From a virus (lineage: Duplodnaviria > Caudoviricetes), in IMG/VR virus record IMGVR_UViG_3300012953_000026, positions 1,797 to 65,796 of that record: a stretch of DNA of 64,000 nt; one strand, written 5' to 3'. Of the stretch, positions 36,203 through 44,358 are shown piece by piece. Both the position numbers and the translations under genes were made by a program. Positions within the stretch are counted from its first letter, which is position 1. Each line of letters begins with the position of its first letter. The notes beneath the pieces are model-generated. The model saw nothing but the letters and a program-made list of their open reading frames with translations, was not told where the DNA came from and made no database searches.

Positions 36203-37392
36203 GTATCCAGTTCCAAGAAATCCTGTTCCGAACCTAAAGAAATTGATCTAATCTCTTCGTATGACTCTGGATCTATATCCACGGATTCTACATCTGACAT
36301 TTTTCTGACCATGGTTGCCTCCAGAAGATCGTCAATATAAGTAGAGAACTCCGGATCATCCCACACTTCTCCAAAATCAGCTTTATAGAACTTTTTCTCA
36401 GCCAACACTTCACCTGTCTTTTGGTTATGGACAAAAAGAGTCTTCCAGGCGCCTGTGCCTGCTAACTCAATCTTATTCATACCTACAACCGCAGGGCCTG
36501 CTTTTCTAAGCTCATCAAAAACTTGCTCATGCTCCATGATACCTTTACCGAAATGAATTTCAAAATTCACGCTCCTGAAAGGAGGGGCGACCTTGTTCTT
36601 GATAGTCTTCGCTGACACGTTTATCCCTATCACTTCTTTCTTCTTGTTTTCTATCCGCTGACCTGCGCCAAGCTTTATTCTTACAGAAGAATGAAAAGGT
36701 ATCGCCTTGCCACCAGGAGTTGTTGTTGGATCTCCATACATGACGCCGATATTCGTCCTAATCTGGTTTAGACAAATCAACAAAGTGTTAGTCTGTCCTA
36801 TAACCCCAGTGATTTTTCTCATACCTTTCGAGATTGCCCTAGCCTGTAGACCGATAGAATTCTGATCATAATCGCCTACCAACTCTGCCTTTGGTGAAGA
36901 AGCAGCGACAGAATCCCAAATAATCGTAATCGGAACGTCCTTGTCCATTGCTTTTGCCTTTATAATAGTCGCTTCAGCAATGGACAAGACCTCCTCTGTA
37001 CAGTGAGTATCAACGTACACAAAACGTTTTGTTATATCCACGCCCAACAACCCTAGGTTCTCAACACTAGTCGCGTTCTCTGTATCAATATAAACAACAA
37101 TTCCGCCCATCTGCTGAGTGGACCTTGCTATCTGGATTGCTATATGAGACTTACCGATTGAGGGAGGACCAAAGATTTCTATGATCCTACCCTCTGGAAG
37201 ACCACCTTCTCTCTTATTCGAGATAATGTAGTCAAGCTGTCTTGATCCAGTACTGACCCACCTTTTTACATGCGTCGGAGATGAGTCAGTATGCAGATTA
37301 TAGGCCACCTTAGATCCATGTTCTTTATTTAAAGAAGAGATCAAATCAGAGGTAAAATTGTCTGTCTGGTTTTTCGTTTTTCTCTTTGCCAT
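36199..37392 (-). CDS. recA: RecA/UvsX recombinase
   Basis: GLPEGRIIEIFGPPSIGKS, YIDTENA, IWDSVAA, NQIR and PGGKAIPFHSSVRI. Confidence 0.92.
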   Translation of the reverse strand: MAKRKTKNQTDNFTSDLISSLNKEHGSKVAYNLHTDSSPTHVKRWVSTGSRQLDYIISNKREGGLPEGRIIEIFGPPSIGKSHIAIQIARSTQQMGGIVVYIDTENATSVENLGLLGVDITKRFVYVDTHCTEEVLSIAEATIIKAKAMDKDVPITIIWDSVAASSPKAELVGDYDQNSIGLQARAISKGMRKITGVIGQTNTLLICLNQIRTNIGVMYGDPTTTPGGKAIPFHSSVRIKLGAGQRIENKKKEVIGINVSAKTIKNKVAPPFRSVNFEIHFGKGIMEHEQVFDELRKAGPAVVGMNKIELAGTGAWKTLFVHNQKTGEVLAEKKFYKADFGEVWDDPEFSTYIDDLLEATMVRKMSDVESVDIDPESYEEIRSISLGSEQDFLELDT

Positions 37393-37404
37393 TTATTATC
37401 GTTC

Positions 37405-38208
37405 CTAGAAGTCACTTTCAAGATCTGCGAATGCGTCATCAAGACTATTAAACTTTTTCTGAGTATCTGTTGTCTCGGTACGCTTCTCGTTGTTCTGGAA
37501 ACCAGCGCCCCTCGTTGTACCTGAACTATTCTCAGTTCCGGAATCTTCTAAGTCTCCGTTAAGCCAGTCGTTTATAATCTTCTCGAGCTCATCACTAGAC
37601 TTAGTGGAATACATATCATCTATATTCGGAATACTAGACGTCCAATTTTTTACCTGGTCATTGTTCTCAGAAAGCCGACTCTGCTTCCCACGTGGTCGAA
37701 CTTCCGTCGTTGCCCACATTCTACCTGGAGCCTTGGTACAGATCACTTTGACGTCACGACCTTCAGCGATGTCAGTGATGTCTCCATAGTCCTCATCTAA
37801 CATGATGTTTAGCAAAGACTGATACACCATCTTACCAAAAGACCAGACACGCACACCCTTATCTTCTTCACCGCGAACAATGACTGGAGCGTAATAACGA
37901 GGCTTTGGGTAAAGCTTCTTAGCAAGCTCGTACGACTCCTTCGTACCTTCGTCACGAAGCTTATTGATCAAATCCTGAATTGGATCGGGCTTACTAAACT
38001 GGTACGGCGCCAGAAGCCCTGGGTTATTTCCGATGTTGTAATAGAACCAGCGCTCTGTAAACGGTAACCCGTCGTCATTATTGGGAAATGACAAAATACG
38101 AACTGTGACTTCTTCTCCTTCTTGTGGACGCCACATCGAGTTTCTCTTATTACCTTGACCGCTAAGCTGGTTAAGTTTTCTTCTAATTGCTTCAAAATCT
38201 ACTGCCAT
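37405..38208 (-). CDS. single-stranded DNA-binding protein (T4 gp32-like)
   Basis: W.P.EG...VRIL, RYYAPVIVR, VWSFGK, DITD..EGRD and an acidic C-terminus; AGGAGG SD. Confidence 0.85.
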   Translation of the reverse strand: MAVDFEAIRRKLNQLSGQGNKRNSMWRPQEGEEVTVRILSFPNNDDGLPFTERWFYYNIGNNPGLLAPYQFSKPDPIQDLINKLRDEGTKESYELAKKLYPKPRYYAPVIVRGEEDKGVRVWSFGKMVYQSLLNIMLDEDYGDITDIAEGRDVKVICTKAPGRMWATTEVRPRGKQSRLSENNDQVKNWTSSIPNIDDMYSTKSSDELEKIINDWLNGDLEDSGTENSSGTTRGAGFQNNEKRTETTDTQKKFNSLDDAFADLESDF

Positions 38209-38250
38209 GGTTCAACCTCCTAGTTTGGCAAATTATCAACTTGTATTTTG

Positions 38251-38279
38251 ATTATATGCTTAGGAAATCGAGTTTTCAG
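38251..38279 (-). promoter_or_regulatory. candidate promoter CTGAAA-N17-TATAAT upstream of SSB
   Basis: Read directly from the sequence. Confidence 0.55.
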
Positions 38280-38288
38280 TGAGTTTGG

Positions 38289-38540
38289 TTATTTTGTTTT
38301 TTTCTTTTTCTTAGTGCGCTTAATAACTTTGGCGGGGTATGTCGGACCGGTACCTAGTGGGGTGGTTGCGCCAGGCACACCACCAGCAGACATTTCGTCT
38401 GGAGAGGCCTTTTTGTCTCCGCTGGTATCGTCCTTCTTTTCTTTATCTCTACCGTCCTGATTACTAAGATCGGGTTCACCAAGAACGTCTTTCTTTTCTA
38501 GGACTAGCCTTATAAATTCTCTGATCAGTTTTATATTCAT
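38289..38540 (-). CDS. hypothetical protein (83 aa), possible virion-internal protein
   Basis: MNIKLIREFIRLVLE motif; basic C-terminus. Confidence 0.6.
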   Translation of the reverse strand: MNIKLIREFIRLVLEKKDVLGEPDLSNQDGRDKEKKDDTSGDKKASPDEMSAGGVPGATTPLGTGPTYPAKVIKRTKKKKKTK

Positions 38541-38545
38541 ATCAT

Positions 38546-38552
38546 TAATTAT
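38546..38552 (-). promoter_or_regulatory. ATANTTA motif (candidate late promoter, leaderless spacing)
   Basis: ATAATTA 5 nt before ATG 38540. Confidence 0.35.
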
Positions 38553-39367
38553 TTCGAAAATCTGAATTTAGGATCAATTTCAAAAATTTGTGGCTCTGTA
38601 CCGGGTAAATTTTCTTTTAGCCACTCTGATTCTTTCTCACCCTGCTCTCTATTTTTTATGGCCAGCCACCAACAACCGACGTCTGGGTTCCAGCGGTATC
38701 GTCTCTCTTTTAATAAGTGATTCATATCTCTCGGGGCGTTAGCTGCAAACACTTGCAGATCTGGAGCCTTGGCGTTCTTGAGTAAAGAAGAAATCACGTC
38801 ATTGATCTCGAGTGTTTGAGTCAAGGCAGAGAGGGCCTGGCACGAGTCATTAAAATCGTAGAAAAAACCAGAAAATACCGAAAGTACGCTTAAGCTCCTC
38901 GAAGGGAAACCCAGCTCCGACCAATCTACTTGATCCATGCTACACCCCCACAGCGTTTTTATCTCGCCGGTGTATTTCTCTATCCACGGTTTAGTGAATG
39001 AAGAATTATGAGAAACAATTAAGTCAGCGCTTGATAAAAGTTTTGTCACCAATGGCCAGTCTATACTTTCTCCTCTAGATTCTTCCGCAGAAAAATCAAC
39101 GAACCTAACCTCATCGCTCGTTAACTCTCTGCCCGGATCCTGAAAGAAAGAAACTGTTTTTCTACATTTTGAAAATCTGTCTTTATCGTCAGTGTAACAG
39201 AGCTTTAAATTGATTCTTAGAATATCACCCGAGGTTGGGTTTAGAGACGTTGTTACAACGCTACAGAATATTAAGGCATTTACGCTTGCCGCCTCTGGAT
39301 CTCCAATCGGAGGTATCTCAGAAATGTTCTTTAAATTTATGTTCTTCTTTTTAGATTCAAAAATCAC
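38549..39367 (-). CDS. DNA polymerase III epsilon-like DEDDh protein with degenerate catalytic residues
   Basis: ExoI is CSVVTTSL instead of DxETTGL, ExoII is SHNSSFT instead of AHNAxFD, and the ExoIII H/D are absent; C-terminal RYRWN...W domain. Confidence 0.65.
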   Translation of the reverse strand: MIFESKKKNINLKNISEIPPIGDPEAASVNALIFCSVVTTSLNPTSGDILRINLKLCYTDDKDRFSKCRKTVSFFQDPGRELTSDEVRFVDFSAEESRGESIDWPLVTKLLSSADLIVSHNSSFTKPWIEKYTGEIKTLWGCSMDQVDWSELGFPSRSLSVLSVFSGFFYDFNDSCQALSALTQTLEINDVISSLLKNAKAPDLQVFAANAPRDMNHLLKERRYRWNPDVGCWWLAIKNREQGEKESEWLKENLPGTEPQIFEIDPKFRFSK

Positions 39368-39868
39368 TTACCAGCTTTTCCTTTCTCCAGAATAAATCAC
39401 GACTCCACCACCGAGATTCTCGACTTGTATCAAAGAATCGAGACTCAACATTCCTGCATTTTGAGCGCCTATCATCGTGTGATATATGTATTTTATACCG
39501 TCACGTACGTTTATCGCAGAAACTTCCACCTTAAGACCCACCATTGATCCCTTTGTAACCTGTGACAGTCCGGTGTACACTTTTTGCATCGCGTCAGTGC
39601 CTGTGAAAGCCTGCTTTAAAATAGACTTGATCTTATCAATGTCGTCCCCACCACCGCCACCTGAGATTCTTAGGTTCTTCATCAGCTTTTGTGGATTTTC
39701 ACTAGCAAGAGCTCCTGCTTCGTTAACCCCAGCAGAAAAACGACCAGAGCCTGTCGAGGCTTCTATCCCAGTTTTCTTCTTTTTCTTCTTTTTCTTCTTT
39801 GGCTTCTTTTCTTCTTCATTCTCTTCCTTAAGAATGTCTAAAACCACATCTTTAACACTTACTTTCAT
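39368..39868 (-). CDS. hypothetical protein (166 aa) with poly-Lys tract
   Basis: VLDILKE motif; KKPKKKKKKKK. Confidence 0.6.
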   Translation of the reverse strand: MKVSVKDVVLDILKEENEEEKKPKKKKKKKKKTGIEASTGSGRFSAGVNEAGALASENPQKLMKNLRISGGGGGDDIDKIKSILKQAFTGTDAMQKVYTGLSQVTKGSMVGLKVEVSAINVRDGIKYIYHTMIGAQNAGMLSLDSLIQVENLGGGVVIYSGERKSW

Positions 39869-41031
39869 AACACGTCGTACTCCAAGAAAAAATGACCTAC
39901 GTCTTTAATGTCTATTCCTTCATTAATTATTTTGTTGAGTTGCGGGATGTCATCATTTCTGACATCTAGGACCAGCGCATCATGTATTACGCACAATGGC
40001 TTTACTGATGGTGGCATACGAAAATCCTTCATTAGGTTAGAGAATCCTATCAAAGATACATCAACGCTAGAACTTTGTACAAAGTTATTGACAGCCACGT
40101 TAGAGCTACACTTTTTAAGAGAAATCGGTCGACCAAAATAGTTTTTGATGTTTCCACTCTTATAGTCACCTGCCGCCTGTAGAATCTTTCCTAAACTGAA
40201 ATACTCATCTATGGCTTTCTTTATCAGCATCGCTTCTTTACCAACAATCTCTGTCAGCTTAGTTAAACCGGCGCCGAAAAGAGTCGATAAAACTGCAGCC
40301 TTCACTTTGTCTCTACCACATTCCAGCTTGTACTCATCCATAACATCGGTATAGATATCTCTCTCTGTCGAATCAGAGGTCAGAAGTTTTGCGAATCTAG
40401 GCTCTAGGGAAACAAAATCAACCCAGACTATGCTACCATTCTCATACCTGCTCTTAAAAATATTCTTCATGCTTCTAGGCAAAAGTAAAACCTGAGGTCC
40501 TGATCCAACGACTAAACGACCAGTGACTGTTTTCATCCTGTTATATGTTAACTCTCTAGAAAAACCGTCGGCGGCAGGAGCAAACGAACTTACTATTTTT
40601 CTGATTGTTGGGTTCTCTATTTCTAAACCTAGTACTTCTTGATTGGGAACTATCCTGCTGAAGTTTTGAAGAATGTAGTTTCCCTCAGAATATACGCTGG
40701 GATAGCCGTCTGAATCAAAAAAAGCAGACAGCTCCTTTATAGAGGCAAACAAGTTGCTTATCTTACCGGCATAAATCTCACGAGGTAAAGAGAACTTCCA
40801 ATTGGGATTCTTGGCCCCAACTTCTAACAGCGATTTTCTATACTTTTCCTCAATAAAGACTATCGGATCTATCCCGTATAGACCATTAAACAAATTTAGA
40901 GAATTTTCTTCTTCACAACTTAAGAAAAGATCATGATCGGTTTGAGCTGAGTTTACCCATGCGCAATCGCTGCCATGGACTAAAAGATGGCTATCACCGC
41001 CGAATATAGATCGATCAATTAAAATCTTCAT
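39865..41031 (-). CDS. minimal family A DNA polymerase (polymerase domain only)
   Basis: TVTGRL, motif A DFVSLEPR, motif B RDKVKAAVLSTLFG, NNFVQSS and motif C IHDAL. Confidence 0.75.
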   Translation of the reverse strand: MKILIDRSIFGGDSHLLVHGSDCAWVNSAQTDHDLFLSCEEENSLNLFNGLYGIDPIVFIEEKYRKSLLEVGAKNPNWKFSLPREIYAGKISNLFASIKELSAFFDSDGYPSVYSEGNYILQNFSRIVPNQEVLGLEIENPTIRKIVSSFAPAADGFSRELTYNRMKTVTGRLVVGSGPQVLLLPRSMKNIFKSRYENGSIVWVDFVSLEPRFAKLLTSDSTERDIYTDVMDEYKLECGRDKVKAAVLSTLFGAGLTKLTEIVGKEAMLIKKAIDEYFSLGKILQAAGDYKSGNIKNYFGRPISLKKCSSNVAVNNFVQSSSVDVSLIGFSNLMKDFRMPPSVKPLCVIHDALVLDVRNDDIPQLNKIINEGIDIKDVGHFFLEYDVL

Positions 41032-41036
41032 GATTA

Positions 41037-41065
41037 ATTCTATATAGATGATCTCTGTTTTTCAG
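41037..41065 (-). promoter_or_regulatory. candidate promoter CTGAAA-N17-TAGAAT, leaderless (ATG 5 nt after -10)
   Basis: Read directly from the sequence. Confidence 0.5.
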
Positions 41066-41066
41066 A

Positions 41067-44048
41067 TTAATCAGACTCTATCTCGGCTATGGCTTGATTG
41101 ACAGAGTTACCGATGTTGGTATAGGCTCCATACGCATTTAAGGGCTGAAATTCCCAGCTAGTCTTAAACTCACCAGATGTTATTGAGTGAGAAACCTTGG
41201 AAGCGCAGTAGATGTTATCTGCGCTTGTACCCGTACCAAAATCAACAAAAAATGTCTGTCCTATGGCAGCGGTGGGCATGCCCATTGTTGTCATGGAAAG
41301 CCGAGTAGGAGCTATCTGCAGCGGCAGGCCGGACTCTCTTAACCCTAAAGCCGAGGTCCCAGATCCTAATCCTGATCTTCTCATATTGATACTAGTCATC
41401 GCTGGATTATTCATCGAACCCAAGCTCGCTTCGAGCACGTTGGTCGTACTTGTACCATAAATTATCGTAGGCATAATAGATTTTAAAAAATCCTTGACAT
41501 ACGTGAAGTCTTTCTTCACTCGAAATCTCACTTTGCCAGATTCGACATCTGACTCCTCTATCTTTGTTGTGGCAGGGATGGCTTCTAATATCCCACTTTC
41601 TAGCGCGTAGTTTATAGCAGTCACAAAAGCTTGCTTACTACCGCTCTTGTCTTTCTCTTTTCTAGCTGCCTTCCCGACGCCACTGGTGAAAGGAGTGATC
41701 ATGTCTTGTTGAGAAGCCTGCCATATCTGGTTCAGGGTTGTATATGACGTAGAATTCTGGTCGAAGACATGTATCCTATAAATAGATTTACCATCAGTGT
41801 CACCTGTCAGGCATTCAGCTTGCATCTGGATTTTTGGAACCCTAAAATTTAAATCAGCATCAGGACCTAAATCGTACGCGTCTTGTAAACGTATGTCTTT
41901 AGCATCTTTCAACAGAGTCTTTCCGTGATCCTTATCTTGATATATCTTTTTAAGCTTTAGTTTCCCCGGGTTCTCCTTATCTTTTTCATAAAGATCAGTC
42001 AAGCCATAGGCTTCAGCGGTCTGACTTGAAACAAACTCTTTAGCAAGAAACCTGATAAAAGCCCCTATTGGCATGTTCGTAGTAGTCTTACATTTTTCTG
42101 CAAACTTCTCTGTAAAAGTCTGAATGCCTATTGGGAAGCTAGAGATTGGAGCGTCTTTCATGTAGGAAGCGTGACTATTAAAAGTGTAAAATACAAATTG
42201 CACTTCATCAAACTGACCAGTCCCGCAAAGGGGGTAACCACAAAAAGCCAGTAGCAGATTTCCGAATGTAGTGTACTGAGAAAACTCCGCAAGTCCGACA
42301 GCTCCTCCAGAGTTAGCCACTTTTTCGTCTGCCTTAACGTGCACAAATTGTTTCTGGTGACCTATAAATTCTTTTCGAAAAGGATCGAGTATGTCTTTTT
42401 GAATTTCACCCTTTGGATTTAGCCCTGCACTTTGCATCCGCTTAGCAGGGACATCACTAACCTTTGAGCCTACTATTGCCGCCATACTCTCTTGAGCTTT
42501 CGGTATTACAGTCTTTAACTCTTTAAGAAGAGGTAAGATCTTCTTTAAGTTGCCAGGATTACCGGCCTTGTTAGCACTGGCAATAAACTTATCCAGCTCC
42601 TTTGAGGTCTTTTTTGTGAAACCCATTGCCGAAGTTGTGTCTGACATCCTGGACAGTATCTGGCTTCCCTCTATCTTCTTTGAGCCTTTTTTTCCTCCTG
42701 GCTTAAGTTTACGTGCCGCTTTTATAGCTTCAGTAAGTCGCTCTACCTCTTTTAGGGCATCTTTGACAGCTGCTCCCTCTGTTATCTTGGATAGCTGAAC
42801 TTGACCAGAGCCCTTCAGCGATAACTTTAGACTTATGTTTACTTGGCCGACGGTGTCAAACGAAAAACTAGAATTAACCACCCCGTACTTCTCGGTACAC
42901 TTCAAACTATCCAAAAACCTACCGTAAACGTTATTGAGAAGATATCCGTCTGGATGAGACCATCCATACGTGATCAACATTTGAGTCTTACCATACAAGT
43001 CTGGCTTTACGAACTCTGAGATTTCTGACAACCTAGAACGGTCATGTAGCACCAAGCTCATCTCAGCTGTCTTGTAGGTTAATAATCCAGCGGACGGCAC
43101 TAGATTCACCTTAAAGTCTTTTAGACTCATGAATGGGCGAAAGCGATCGATCACTGGCGCACCACGATTTTGAGGCGCATGGTTTGTATAAGATTCATCA
43201 CCCATGACCAGCGTCTGTGGAGATGTAAAGATCTCCATACCAGCCGATGTTGTCGAAGGATCTTCTTTCTTTTTTTCTTCGTCGTCTACTTTCGGGGGTG
43301 GAGTGTTAAGGATATTTTTGCGAACTCTAAGATCAATCCCCTTTGCAATCGTCTCATCAGCAGAACCAGCGGCCGGCTTAAAGTTACCCTTTAAAAATTG
43401 TAACAAAGAGATAGTCTGGACGCGTCCGTCTTCAGATAAAGCAGGAACAGAAGGTATTAAGGTGACGTCTAAAAAAGGGACGCACCTCGACATCTCTATT
43501 GTCGGAATACAATTTAAAAATATTTCAGCCTCTGCTGTTCCTCTTTTTGAAGGGTTTAGGGTGTTGTTTTTCACGACAAAAGCAGAAAGAGCCGGTTTTT
43601 CTTTACTGGGGTTCTTGGGATCTAAATTAGGTCTGATCGGAGCTGTGTCTTTCAGGTTTATAGCAAAAGGAATAACCAGATTCTGTATAGATGTTGTCGA
43701 ACCAATCTTGTCCCCCACTACATCAGAAGCTGACTCATACACAATGTGGATCGCATCAGCGATCTCATCCTCCCCAGTTTTACTATTGGTCTTGTACTCG
43801 TTAACCTTCTTCATAATCTCGTGTGCGAAGTACGCAGTCTCCGACGACTGGAGCATCCCTATTATAGAGGAGACGCCGGCTTCTGGTGGTGGTTTACCTT
43901 CTACAATATCGAAGTTCGCCTTTTGTACATCGCTTACTTTTGTAGAGCCCAACAATACACTGAATAGATCGTCTTGAGATAAAATGCCGTAATAAGCCTT
44001 GAGATCTTCAACAGCTTGATTTATTCTTGTTTTTGATCCTCTTGCCAT
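41067..44048 (-). CDS. large tail/baseplate hub-like protein (993 aa)
   Basis: Position in the tail module; C-terminal hub-type strands (LSMTTMGMP..IGQTFFVDFGT....NIY...VSHSI..GEFKT). Confidence 0.55.
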   Translation of the reverse strand: MARGSKTRINQAVEDLKAYYGILSQDDLFSVLLGSTKVSDVQKANFDIVEGKPPPEAGVSSIIGMLQSSETAYFAHEIMKKVNEYKTNSKTGEDEIADAIHIVYESASDVVGDKIGSTTSIQNLVIPFAINLKDTAPIRPNLDPKNPSKEKPALSAFVVKNNTLNPSKRGTAEAEIFLNCIPTIEMSRCVPFLDVTLIPSVPALSEDGRVQTISLLQFLKGNFKPAAGSADETIAKGIDLRVRKNILNTPPPKVDDEEKKKEDPSTTSAGMEIFTSPQTLVMGDESYTNHAPQNRGAPVIDRFRPFMSLKDFKVNLVPSAGLLTYKTAEMSLVLHDRSRLSEISEFVKPDLYGKTQMLITYGWSHPDGYLLNNVYGRFLDSLKCTEKYGVVNSSFSFDTVGQVNISLKLSLKGSGQVQLSKITEGAAVKDALKEVERLTEAIKAARKLKPGGKKGSKKIEGSQILSRMSDTTSAMGFTKKTSKELDKFIASANKAGNPGNLKKILPLLKELKTVIPKAQESMAAIVGSKVSDVPAKRMQSAGLNPKGEIQKDILDPFRKEFIGHQKQFVHVKADEKVANSGGAVGLAEFSQYTTFGNLLLAFCGYPLCGTGQFDEVQFVFYTFNSHASYMKDAPISSFPIGIQTFTEKFAEKCKTTTNMPIGAFIRFLAKEFVSSQTAEAYGLTDLYEKDKENPGKLKLKKIYQDKDHGKTLLKDAKDIRLQDAYDLGPDADLNFRVPKIQMQAECLTGDTDGKSIYRIHVFDQNSTSYTTLNQIWQASQQDMITPFTSGVGKAARKEKDKSGSKQAFVTAINYALESGILEAIPATTKIEESDVESGKVRFRVKKDFTYVKDFLKSIMPTIIYGTSTTNVLEASLGSMNNPAMTSINMRRSGLGSGTSALGLRESGLPLQIAPTRLSMTTMGMPTAAIGQTFFVDFGTGTSADNIYCASKVSHSITSGEFKTSWEFQPLNAYGAYTNIGNSVNQAIAEIESD

Positions 44049-44058
44049 AAACCCAACC

Positions 44059-44346
44059 CTAAACTAAAGCAGCTACTTGCATCAAGTTAATGGGCACAAG
44101 AACATAGGTACCGGGCGGAACTTGAAGACTCCATCCAATCCCACTAGCGCCAGCTATAACCCACCAAAGTCTTGAATCCCCATATTCGATACCAGCGATT
44201 GTATCAAGACGTTCGCCTTCTCGAATATAGTCTTTTCTAACAGAAATTGTGCCCCTTAAGGCGGCATCTCTTAAGATCTTACTAGGAATATAGGTCCCGT
44301 AGAATGTACCACCTCCCAATACAGGGGCTGCTCCATACCTTCTCAA
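44059..44346 (-). CDS. LysM-like baseplate wedge / tail X protein
   Basis: REGERLDTIAGIEYGDSRLWWVIAGASGI...VPPGT..LVP. Confidence 0.75.
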   Translation of the reverse strand: MRRYGAAPVLGGGTFYGTYIPSKILRDAALRGTISVRKDYIREGERLDTIAGIEYGDSRLWWVIAGASGIGWSLQVPPGTYVLVPINLMQVAALV

Positions 44347-44358
44347 ACTAAACCCCCT

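Noticed and set aside
23792-37392. Inteins or introns in dnaE, nrdJ, helicase or recA
   Set aside because: Lengths are ordinary, with no C/S...HN splice motifs or LAGLIDADG blocks. The DnaE PHP insert is short and acidic.
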